From assembly GCA_963667845.2 (NCBI GenBank), contig CAXXVL010000002.1:3296001-3360000 (forward strand): a DNA stretch of 64,000 bases. The letters are read 5' to 3'. A program made the position numbers and the translations under genes. The notes under the pieces were generated by a model. That model did not search any database and was not told the origin of the DNA. It was given only the letters and a program-made list of their open reading frames with translations. The stretch comes from Smithellaceae bacterium (GTDB lineage Bacteria > Desulfobacterota > Syntrophia > Syntrophales > Smithellaceae). This document shows positions 27,588 through 37,359 of this stretch, piece by piece. Every line of letters begins with the position of its first letter. Position 1 is the first letter of the stretch.

Positions 27588-28952
27588 TCAATTGCTTTCA
27601 GTTTGATTTTTTCGATTCAATTGTTCTAGCGTTGATAATCTGCGAATATGGGGAATTCCTCCGAAACGACCGAGTAAATAGCTTTTTAATAAATTTTTAT
27701 CATATCTCACATTTTTGAAATCACTCAGCGATAATAGATCTGTCTCTCCACGTTCATTTCTTTCTAGTATCCACATTTCATCTCTACGCATTAGATCTTG
27801 ATCCATCAATAATAAATCATGTGTTGTAAATATAAGTTGGGAACCTGACTCTCCCTTACAAGTGGAAAGGAAAAACTCAATAAGTCCTCGCGTCAAAAGA
27901 TGATGCATACTTCTATTAATCTCGTCAATCAGATAGACTTTAGGATACTTTTTCGTTGACAGTTCATAGAAAGCAGGAAGCAAATCAATCAACCTTTTTG
28001 TTCCTTGTGATTCTTCACTGGTTTCAAATCTAATTTCCTTTTTTTTATCAGAAGACAGGTGATAGCTAAACAATCTTGATGATATCACATTTCCATCTTT
28101 CAGCTTAAATGCAAATCTGCCTTTATCTGAATTCACTTCAGATATAAATTCGTCTGTCGTCTGTCCTTTTATAAAATTTTTTACGACCTCTGGAATATTG
28201 ATTGAGTCTACCGACAGTTCTTCGCTTTGTATTGAATTAACTCCAGTATCAGCCTCTTGAAGAAGCATATTGCAAAATTTATATACTTCTTCTTCACCCA
28301 AAAATTCCATCCTTCGGGCCACAGTTTCTGGATAAATAATTGTAAGCGTTTTACTGAACCAATCATAGACATCTCTAAAAATATCCATGTTTCTTTGTAT
28401 AGATTCCGTCAAGAAGAGTTGATTAGCTCTAGTTCCTATAGCGTTGAATTCGAGTACTTGAAAATCTTTTGGAGACAACTTGTTTTTAAAAAATGAAAGA
28501 TCAAAGCGATTGATATCTTTTGTTGCTTCATCTCTAAAAAAAAGTTTCTTTTCTGACGTTTTCGTCACAAGATTCAGCCACTCAGAATGAATTTTTTCCT
28601 TGGTAACTGTAAATCCATATGAATAACAATCATTTGTAGTCTTAATTTCAAAAGAAAATTCTGATGGTTTATCCATATATTGATCATCAAGACGGAATGG
28701 TTCCACATCAATTTTATGTTCAGGTTTTGTTCCATTATTTATTAGATTTTTTGCAAAACTTATGGCCTTCAAAAAGTTTGATTTACCAGATGCATTTCCC
28801 CCGTAAATTGCAGAAATTGGAACTATCTTGTATGGCATGCGAGAATCTTTAATTAATCTCTCGCGATGTTGACGTTCTGCTGTCGCGATTGTAGTAAATT
28901 CTATTTTATTACTGAAGGATAAATAATTCTTAACGCAAAATTTAATAAGCAT
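27588..28952 (-). CDS. rloA: AAA_21-type ABC ATPase (RloA/AbiLi-like)
   Basis: MLIKFCVKNYLSF, Walker A GGNASGKS, ESQGT signature, Walker B LIDE, FTTHD, RRDEMW, YLLGRFGGIP. Confidence 0.88.
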   Translation of the reverse strand: MLIKFCVKNYLSFSNKIEFTTIATAERQHRERLIKDSRMPYKIVPISAIYGGNASGKSNFLKAISFAKNLINNGTKPEHKIDVEPFRLDDQYMDKPSEFSFEIKTTNDCYSYGFTVTKEKIHSEWLNLVTKTSEKKLFFRDEATKDINRFDLSFFKNKLSPKDFQVLEFNAIGTRANQLFLTESIQRNMDIFRDVYDWFSKTLTIIYPETVARRMEFLGEEEVYKFCNMLLQEADTGVNSIQSEELSVDSINIPEVVKNFIKGQTTDEFISEVNSDKGRFAFKLKDGNVISSRLFSYHLSSDKKKEIRFETSEESQGTKRLIDLLPAFYELSTKKYPKVYLIDEINRSMHHLLTRGLIEFFLSTCKGESGSQLIFTTHDLLLMDQDLMRRDEMWILERNERGETDLLSLSDFKNVRYDKNLLKSYLLGRFGGIPHIRRLSTLEQLNRKNQTESN

Positions 28953-29181
28953 ATGCTGAACCTCTTTTTATGAGATATTTTCTCTTGTTGTTAGAGAATA
29001 TATACATTTTTAGAATAAATGCAAGAACAAAAGAGGATAAATCTCTTTGTCTTACTATTTAATGGAAGGATAGTCTTTCTTTTCAATAATACTAATAATA
29101 CAAATCGGTTCCGGTGAGAATGGGCCGCCAGTAGCTCGTCGGAACCGGAACCGCTCCTTTTTATCTTTAAAAAAAATATTG

Positions 29182-29210
29182 TTGACTTTCAAAACCTAAC
29201 ATGATTTAAT
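29182..29210 (+). promoter_or_regulatory. sigma70-type promoter for the RHH-orf-rep-int module
   Basis: TTGACT-17 nt-TTTAAT upstream of GGAGGT SD. Confidence 0.6.
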
Positions 29211-29241
29211 CGCCCATAAATTAACATACGGAGGTGACATT

Positions 29242-29526
29242 ATGGTAAGACTGAAAGTGAAAGAACCCAAACATCAATTCTCTGTGATGCTTAAACCTAG
29301 CACAGTCGATGAAATCGACAAATATGCCGAGAAATATAACCTGACGAGAAGTCAGCTTATGGCGAATCTTATGGAGACAGGATTGGACGAATTGAGAGTG
29401 CTGGACAAAATAGGGATTGTTCCAATGGTTTATCAAAGTAGCAATGTAATGAGAAAATTCAAGGAAGCCCTATTTAGCGGTAAAGTTATGTTAGATAAGA
29501 AGGGCGATTTAGAAATAAAGAAGTAA
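29242..29526 (+). CDS. ribbon-helix-helix (CopG-like) regulator
   Basis: HQFSVMLKPSTVDEIDKYAEKYNLTRSQLMANLM strand-helix-helix pattern; GGAGGT SD. Confidence 0.75.
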   Translation: MVRLKVKEPKHQFSVMLKPSTVDEIDKYAEKYNLTRSQLMANLMETGLDELRVLDKIGIVPMVYQSSNVMRKFKEALFSGKVMLDKKGDLEIKK

Positions 29527-29694
29527 TTGAATAGCGAAGGCCCGAGCGCGGCAACGCCCGAGCCTTCTAACCACGTTCCTAATAGGCAATTAGCTTGGCA
29601 GCATCATGCACCGGAAGTGATCTGATGTAACTATAACATCATATCCTACTGTGTTCAACAAGAGCCTTCTGGAACGTATCCGGGAGGCTTTCTT

Positions 29695-29937
29695 ATGCAA
29701 TCAGACAAGGAGAAAGAATTACTTGATGTAATTTTCAGACTATTTCCCAAAGCATCAATCGTAAGTGAATCAGAGTTCTCGCGTCACGTCTTCAACCGCT
29801 ACAGAACAAGTATTTATTCAGGTCTTGCTAAGCTCTCAAAACCGCCACGACCGGTTTTGAGAGCTTGCAAGAAGAATAGGCTTGATAGCCCTCAATTATC
29901 ATTTTCTTTCCATAAAACGACCGGGGGTGGCATATGA
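29695..29937 (+). CDS. hypothetical 80-aa protein upstream of rep
   Basis: GGGAGG SD; stop overlaps rep start (ATGA). Confidence 0.6.
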   Translation: MQSDKEKELLDVIFRLFPKASIVSESEFSRHVFNRYRTSIYSGLAKLSKPPRPVLRACKKNRLDSPQLSFSFHKTTGGGI

Positions 29938-31127
29938 CTATCAGCCACCCCGCAAACGTGAATAATATATTAGCTTCAGGAGTTGATTGGTTAACAATAT
30001 CAATTGATATGGTCTGGGATAAGCCTGTAAACGGTGATAAGCCTATTTTCCAATATCTTGATGAAATTAAGGAAGAAGCTAAAAAATATGGTGTCGATTA
30101 TCAAGGACAAATTAAGCATGTCATGCCTGACGAAGTGTGGCCTTTCACAATAAAACCTCACGGCACAAAGGGCTTTTCATGGATTCTGACCGGATGTGAT
30201 TTCACCTTTACAATAGCAAATTCAGAAAGACCCGGTTCAAGACCCAATGTGATGATTGAATTCCGAGCAGAAGCATTATGGCGTTTAGGGCCTCAGGAAG
30301 TCATAAAAATCGCTTTAGGAATACTCAAGAAGAATGGCGGGCGTGTTGATAAAGCAAAGTTGAGCCGCGTGGATCTTTGTGTTGATTTTTTACTGCCTGA
30401 AAAGATCTGGTCTTACGAACTACTGACATATTCTGTAACCAGAGCAGCCGATGCAACACTTCATTTCCATCATATGAAATTGACCGGAATTACTATTGGC
30501 AAAGGTTATATTTCAGCTCGGCTTTATGACAAACCGCGAGAAATTCAGAAGCTGTCAAAGAAAATGTGGATGTATGACATATGGAAAATCTATGAAATTC
30601 CGGCTGGCAAAAAAATAATCAGAATCGAATTTGAACTGAGAAGAGAGGTCTTGAAAGAGCTTGGCCTTAAAGAGCCTAATGATCTGCTGCAGAAAAGTGC
30701 TGAAGCATGGGCTTATTGCACAAAAGACTGGTTAAAGTTTCAAGATCGACCAGGATTGCATCACACACAGCGATCGACATTCAAATGGTATGAAGAAATT
30801 CAAAACGGTTTCAAAGGTATCCAAGGGGCAGAACCTCTAGTTAGAGAAAAGGCGATTCGTTCAGATGAAAAGCGATTAATGCAACAGGCAAACGGAATAC
30901 TAATGTCTTTGCATGCCTCTAAGCAGGAAAAAAATAATGAAGATCGTGATAAGCCTGTTAAGATAGAAGACTGCATTAGGTCATATGTGCATGAAGTCAG
31001 AAAACATCCTCTAGCGCCGTCAGAAATACAAGAAAAAGTCATAAGAAAACGATCAAAATTTCATAGAGAAAAACCGTCGATTGATGGAAGCGACAGAACA
31101 ATGCGGCATCGAGGCGCTGAAGAATGA
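29934..31127 (+). CDS. replication initiation protein, Rep_trans-like (rolling circle)
   Basis: GVDWLTIS, LSRVDLCVDF, TIGKG...ARLYDK, RIEFELRRE motifs. Confidence 0.78.
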   Translation: MTISHPANVNNILASGVDWLTISIDMVWDKPVNGDKPIFQYLDEIKEEAKKYGVDYQGQIKHVMPDEVWPFTIKPHGTKGFSWILTGCDFTFTIANSERPGSRPNVMIEFRAEALWRLGPQEVIKIALGILKKNGGRVDKAKLSRVDLCVDFLLPEKIWSYELLTYSVTRAADATLHFHHMKLTGITIGKGYISARLYDKPREIQKLSKKMWMYDIWKIYEIPAGKKIIRIEFELRREVLKELGLKEPNDLLQKSAEAWAYCTKDWLKFQDRPGLHHTQRSTFKWYEEIQNGFKGIQGAEPLVREKAIRSDEKRLMQQANGILMSLHASKQEKNNEDRDKPVKIEDCIRSYVHEVRKHPLAPSEIQEKVIRKRSKFHREKPSIDGSDRTMRHRGAEE

Positions 31128-31186
31128 TATTGACCGCGGGCCGAAATGTGCTAACCTGCCCACAAATTTGGGGAGGTGAGCTTTGT

Positions 31187-32338
31187 ATGAAGGGCGGTAT
31201 CTATTCGGCAGAAAAATGCCCGATATGCGGCAGTTCATTGAAAGATATGAAAACGTGTGTTGCCTGCCCTGATCACCCCAAAGTTAGATCATCAAGATTA
31301 TTTGTAAAGTTCGGCGGTATTCTAAAACGCTTCAGATCATATGACACTGCATCTCGATTTCTCAATGGCTTGCGCTTCAAGACCGATGAAAGCACCTTTG
31401 ATGAGAGAGATTATAAGCGTGATAACCCGCTCGGTTTTACAAACATGAGCGAGAAATTTCTTGAATATGCTAAGGTAAAAACAGCAAAGAACATGCGGCC
31501 CCATATCAACCATGCTCAAAGCTTTTTCGATAATAGGAATGTCAAAGATTTGAAATGCGGTGACTTCGAGGACTTCGTGAAGTCGCTAACTGTATCCGAT
31601 AAAACGAAAAGTAATATTATCGGAACAATCAAAGTATTCTACCAATGGATGAAAAAGCGGCAAGATGTCATTGACATTCCAGACTTTCCTAAAATCGAAT
31701 ACCAGCTTGGATATCGACGAACAGTTGATAAAGAAACACAAAGGGCAATCATTGAAGAAGTAAAACGCATTGCTCCGGCAAAAGTTTACTTAGGCATTAA
31801 ATGGCTCTCCACTTATTTTAGCGTGCGGCCGGCTGAGATGATTTCGATCAAAGAAGGAGAGATTGACCTAGGCAATGCCCGTTTATACTTCCCACACCCA
31901 AAGGAAAGACGTTTTAAGAGCGTTCCTATACTGCCCGAGGACGTTGATCTATTGAAGACCTTCTCTTTATCGTTACCGGCTATGCCGTTCTTTAGGCATG
32001 ACGGAGGAGTTCAAGGCACAAGAAAAGATCAAGCTTATGGTGAAAAATTCTTCTATAAATGGTGGAAACGTGCCTGTGAGAATTTAAACGTTGAAGGTGT
32101 TGATCTTTATGGCGGCACAAGACATTCTACTGTTCGAGCACTGAGAAAGCATTATTCCCCAGAACAGATTAAAGAAGCTGCAATGAGCAAAACAAACAAA
32201 GCCTTTGAACGGTATCTTGGTCAGGCCGAAGATGATGATATTTTGTCAATTTATCGCAAAGGTGCTGAAGTGATACCGATCAAGGAAATTGATACCGGAT
32301 TGATACCGCTTTTTGAAGGGCAAAAAAATACTAAGTAA
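31187..32338 (+). CDS. tyrosine recombinase / integrase
   Basis: SVRPAE, PKE, LYGGTRHS, AFERY; GGAGGT SD before ATG 31187 (in-frame ATG 31124 also possible); ends 20 nt from tmRNA 3' end. Confidence 0.88.
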   Translation: MKGGIYSAEKCPICGSSLKDMKTCVACPDHPKVRSSRLFVKFGGILKRFRSYDTASRFLNGLRFKTDESTFDERDYKRDNPLGFTNMSEKFLEYAKVKTAKNMRPHINHAQSFFDNRNVKDLKCGDFEDFVKSLTVSDKTKSNIIGTIKVFYQWMKKRQDVIDIPDFPKIEYQLGYRRTVDKETQRAIIEEVKRIAPAKVYLGIKWLSTYFSVRPAEMISIKEGEIDLGNARLYFPHPKERRFKSVPILPEDVDLLKTFSLSLPAMPFFRHDGGVQGTRKDQAYGEKFFYKWWKRACENLNVEGVDLYGGTRHSTVRALRKHYSPEQIKEAAMSKTNKAFERYLGQAEDDDILSIYRKGAEVIPIKEIDTGLIPLFEGQKNTK

Positions 32339-32358
32339 CCGAAATTACTTAGCTTTTT
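32322..32358 (-). terminator. terminator for ssrA supplied by the element
   Basis: Minus strand after CCA: AAAAAGCTAAGTAA-TTTCGG-TTACTTAGTATTTTTTT. Confidence 0.65.
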
Positions 32359-32710
32359 TGGTGGAGGCGGCGGGAATTGAACCCGCGTCCGAAAACCTTC
32401 CGCTGGAGCTTCTACGTGCGTAGCCTTCGTTTTAGAACCTTCACGCTGGTTTGCTCCCTAAGGCCGGATCTCACCGCGCTATCCTGTAAGTATTCGCCGC
32501 CCTCCCCCAGGCAAAAAGTTTGGCTATCCTGTCTAAATGACGTCTTGCTCAGCCAACAGGAGAACCGAGTTCAACGTTAGCAGCCTAAGCTGCTAAAGCG
32601 TAATCGTAGTTTTCTGCGATTATATGTTTCCTACCTGTTTAACGAGGCCTGTAGGAACCTCGGCACGCTTCTACAACTTCAAATGTCCCCGTCGAAACCG
32701 TTACGCCCCC
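32359..32710 (-). ncRNA. ssrA: tmRNA; tag reading frame AENYDYALAA* (32617-32585)
   Basis: 5' GGGGGCGTAACGGTTTCGACGGGG, 3' GGACGCGGGTTCAATTCCCGCCGCCTCCACCA, G3:U wobble, 352 nt, smpB nearby. Confidence 0.97.
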
Positions 32711-32731
32711 CTTAAATTTTTATTTGACTTT

Positions 32732-32760
32732 AATATAGTCGGCTATCGCCCTTTTGTCAA
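32732..32760 (-). promoter_or_regulatory. ssrA promoter
   Basis: TTGACA-17 nt-TATATT on minus strand, 21 nt upstream of mature 5' end. Confidence 0.8.
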
Positions 32761-32901
32761 AGGAAAGAAGCCGTACCGGATTTCCGCCTCTGAATCTCGT
32801 CGCAATGACAAATGAAAATAAAGATATTTCTGTCATCTGAAATGACAAGGTCTTAATACTCCTGGTATTGCAATCATTCGATTTCCCGGTATCAACGTCC
32901 T

Positions 32902-33402
32902 TCAGCATTGCACGCTGGATTCGTGTTTTTTCATCTCCTTTTTCTTTTCCGCAAGACGCATCTGTCTTCTCTCGGCTGCTTCGGTATTGCGATGTCTGTC
33001 CTCGTCACATTCTAAGATCAACGGAGGCAGTTGCACTGGTCGCTTGTTGGCATCGAGAGCCACAAAGGTCAGATACGCGGAACCGGTGTGGCGTTTCTCT
33101 CCCGTAATCGGATTTTCCGCTTCCACCCGAACCCCGACTTCCATCGATGTCCTTCCGACAAAATTTACCGACGCTTTCAAGGTCAGAAAATCGCCGATAT
33201 AAACGGGATGATGAAAATCCATCCGGTCAATAGACGCCGTTACCGTGTGGGCTCTTGCATGGCGCGTGGCCGCGATTCCTCCCGCTGTGTCAATCAGTTT
33301 CATGATATCGCCGCCGTGGACATTGCCGGCGGGATTGGCGTTTTCCGGGTTCATCGCCTGTCCCATGATCACGATGCTTTCGCTGACTTTTTTCCCTTCC
33401 AT
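32902..33402 (-). CDS. acyl-CoA thioesterase (hotdog fold, YciA-like)
   Basis: ANPAGNVHGGDIMKLID, VTAS, GRTSMEVGVRV, YLTFVALD; ATG 33402 after GAGGTG. Confidence 0.92.
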   Translation of the reverse strand: MEGKKVSESIVIMGQAMNPENANPAGNVHGGDIMKLIDTAGGIAATRHARAHTVTASIDRMDFHHPVYIGDFLTLKASVNFVGRTSMEVGVRVEAENPITGEKRHTGSAYLTFVALDANKRPVQLPPLILECDEDRHRNTEAAERRQMRLAEKKKEMKKHESSVQC

Positions 33403-33484
33403 ATTTATCACCTCTGATTGCATTGCAAAGATAGCTACGACGGTAATTTAATACAAAACGCTTGGAAGTAAACGATCGAAAGAG

Positions 33485-33961
33485 TTAAATCTTGATCAAC
33501 TTGGACTTGAAGTCGCGTGCAATATCACGTCGTTCTTCGCGTTTTTTGATGTCCTCACGGCGGTCATGGAGTTTTTTGCCTTTGCCGATGCCGATTTCCA
33601 CTTTGACCATACCGTTTTTGAAATACAGCTTGAGCGGAACGAGTGCCAATCCTTTTTCCCGTGATTTGCCATATAGCTTGCGGATTTCGCGTCTGTGTAA
33701 AAGCAACTTGCGCGGTCGCAGAGGTTCATGATTGTAACGGTTACCGTGATCATAATGACTGATATGCATCTCACGCAGATAAACTTCGTCATCTTTGACG
33801 ACGGCGTAACTGTCTTTCAGGTTGGCTTTTCCGGCGCGCAAAGCCTTGACTTCCGTACCGGATAAAACAATACCGGCTTCGTACACATCGTCAATATCAT
33901 AATTGAGACGCGCCGTTTTGTTGGACGCGATCAGTCTTTGCGCTGTGTTTTCTTTAGCCAT
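33485..33961 (-). CDS. smpB: SsrA-binding protein
   Basis: [35 protein letters not shown]. Confidence 0.97.
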   Translation of the reverse strand: MAKENTAQRLIASNKTARLNYDIDDVYEAGIVLSGTEVKALRAGKANLKDSYAVVKDDEVYLREMHISHYDHGNRYNHEPLRPRKLLLHRREIRKLYGKSREKGLALVPLKLYFKNGMVKVEIGIGKGKKLHDRREDIKKREERRDIARDFKSKLIKI

Positions 33962-33996
33962 AATTCAATTTTACCTTAATCCGGAATTAAAGCCAT

Positions 33997-34764
33997 TTAT
34001 TTTTTCGGCCAGGACGGTAAATAGTCCGGTTTTACATGGCTCATGGCTTTGAAAATATTATGCCTGATGTCCGGATTATCTCGCTCCAGTTCGTTTAAGA
34101 GTTTTTTCACATAGATCCTTTTGGAATTCTCACTGCTCGGGCATGCGTTCTTGACCGCCGGAAATTGTCGCTCACGGCTGTATTTTTTTACCAGCTCCTC
34201 GCGCAGGTAAGCCAGCGGACGGATAATATGCAGCTTGCCACCGAAGATGCTCTGATTAGGCATCATCGTACTGATTTCCCGCCCGTAAAACATATTGATC
34301 AGCAACGTTTCGATAATATCGTCACGGTGATGGGCAAAAGCAATCTTGTTGCAGCCTTTTTCCTCCGCGATTTCAAAAATTCTTTTGCGTCGCAGGCGCG
34401 AACACAGGAAGCAGGGATTCTTCCTGTTGAAATCCGAATGCGATATCAAACCGATATCCGTTTTTTCCATGACGTAAGGGTAATGATGTTCCTGAAAATA
34501 TTTCTCCAATTCCTGATAAGCAATGTAGTCGGGATCAAAACCCATGTCGATGTTAACGGCAATGAAAGAAAACCGGGGAACAAAGATCATTTTTGAATCC
34601 AGCAAATCGAGAAGAGCGTAACTGTCTGCACCACCGGAGACGCCAATCAACACCTGGTCTCCCTCTTCGATCATGGCATAATCCAGAACCGCCTTCTCCA
34701 GCCATTTTTTCATGTGCAAAAATAGCTTGGTATTTTTATCTTTCTTTGCAATTTCTGTCTGCAA
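33997..34764 (-). CDS. ttcA: tRNA 2-thiocytidine synthase TtcA family
   Basis: SGGADS PP-loop, PCFLCSRLRR, HHRDD, IIRPL. Confidence 0.85.
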   Translation of the reverse strand: MQTEIAKKDKNTKLFLHMKKWLEKAVLDYAMIEEGDQVLIGVSGGADSYALLDLLDSKMIFVPRFSFIAVNIDMGFDPDYIAYQELEKYFQEHHYPYVMEKTDIGLISHSDFNRKNPCFLCSRLRRKRIFEIAEEKGCNKIAFAHHRDDIIETLLINMFYGREISTMMPNQSIFGGKLHIIRPLAYLREELVKKYSRERQFPAVKNACPSSENSKRIYVKKLLNELERDNPDIRHNIFKAMSHVKPDYLPSWPKK

Positions 34765-34955
34765 ACCCTGGTGACTCCTCTTGATCTTAATAAAATCGGC
34801 TTACTTACTATCCGACTTGCTAAAAGTTATCAAGCAGGTTTGAATTAGATTCTGGGTTCAGCTGCTGTTGAGAGCTACAGGGTACAGTGCGTATTGAATC
34901 CATGGCTTGGGAATCTTCAATATCGCCTTGAAATCAAGCCGTCCCTCTGTTATAG

Positions 34956-36299
<1,344 letters not shown>

Positions 36300-36306
36300 T
36301 CCAATC

Positions 36307-36342
36307 CATAGAGTGACACCCCGCAACGGGTGTCACTCTATG
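36307..36342 (+). terminator. hairpin after eno
   Basis: CATAGAGTGACACCC-loop-GGGTGTCACTCTATG 15-bp stem. Confidence 0.65.
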
Positions 36343-36548
36343 TTCAGCCCTCGAATCATCAGGAATAATCCTCTCAAAAGCTGCCAAACCCCAATTCTTT
36401 GAATTCATGTATCGCAGGTCACTGACCAAACAATCGTATGCGCAGATATAGATATCGTACGATGGTTATAGGAATTCTTATTCGGGTTGGATTGACATAT
36501 TGAATGTAAAGATGCGGGGTCTTCCGGTCAAAGACGGTGCGTTTCGTT

Positions 36549-37349
36549 ATGAGAAAAGCAAACTTCTTACTAAAGTCTACCCTCGCCATTGTTCTGAGTC
36601 TGGTGTCCGTCGCAGTCTCTGCCCACGAGACGGCAGCAAACCGGGACACAGAAAATATATTCATCCAGGGCATTCAGCAGATGCCGGTGGCACATGCTTT
36701 TTTGACGGAAACATCGGCAGACTCACGTGGACAAAAACCATTTAATGCCCGTGTCTGGAATCAAGGTGTCACACTGGAATCTGCTGCCGCAGATATTCCT
36801 TCTTCTATATTCTGTTTGGGACAAACAGAATTGCTGCAAAGGGCCGCCGGATTTACACAGCATATTTTTTCTTTCCATCCGATGATCGCCGGGGGCAAAT
36901 ATCCTTATTTGCAGGATATTTTCACATTTATTAGTCTGAATACTTTACTTTCCTCTCATTCAACCGTTATGGGTGACATCAGAGGCAGTACAAAATTATA
37001 TGATTTATTGAAACTGCCGGGTGCTTTTGATATCGGCGGAGATTTGAGATTGGCACCGGATCACATAGCAAATTACGGCAGAAACGGTGAAGAAGCGTCT
37101 GGCCTGACTCCCTATAACGATCCTGCCCTGAAGCCATTTATCCACAATCCGTTTCATGACACTGCGATATCGATTTATCTGCCGATCAGCGTATCTCAAT
37201 CCTTGATAATTGCACCAGCCATTACCTATGCTTTTTCAACAAATAATACGAATAATCAGGAATTCAAGGGGAAAGGTCTCGTTAACAACTTGATTGATAA
37301 AGACAGCGCCATTATTTATGGCGGAATCCATTTAAAATATTCTTTTTAA
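36549..37349 (+). CDS. hypothetical protein, possible outer-membrane beta-barrel
   Basis: Signal-peptide-like N terminus; C-terminal YGGIHLKYSF ending in Phe. Confidence 0.55.
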   Translation: MRKANFLLKSTLAIVLSLVSVAVSAHETAANRDTENIFIQGIQQMPVAHAFLTETSADSRGQKPFNARVWNQGVTLESAAADIPSSIFCLGQTELLQRAAGFTQHIFSFHPMIAGGKYPYLQDIFTFISLNTLLSSHSTVMGDIRGSTKLYDLLKLPGAFDIGGDLRLAPDHIANYGRNGEEASGLTPYNDPALKPFIHNPFHDTAISIYLPISVSQSLIIAPAITYAFSTNNTNNQEFKGKGLVNNLIDKDSAIIYGGIHLKYSF

Positions 37350-37359
37350 AAAAAGAAGG

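Larger units (their letters stand above)
25552..32387. mobile_element. ~6.8 kb ssrA-integrated element (integrase, AlpA, RHH, rolling-circle Rep, defence-like cargo)
   Basis: Bounded by tmRNA 3'-end direct repeats; integrase abuts ssrA; visibly more AT-rich than flanks. Confidence 0.92.

Noticed and set aside
25552..32387. Complete prophage (including inovirus) or self-transmissible ICE
   Set aside because: No structural, packaging, Zot/pI-like, lysis or T4SS genes; the only ATPase is RloA-type
32377..32815. Short plus-strand ORFs 32377-32580 and 32624-32815
   Set aside because: Antisense to tmRNA and its promoter
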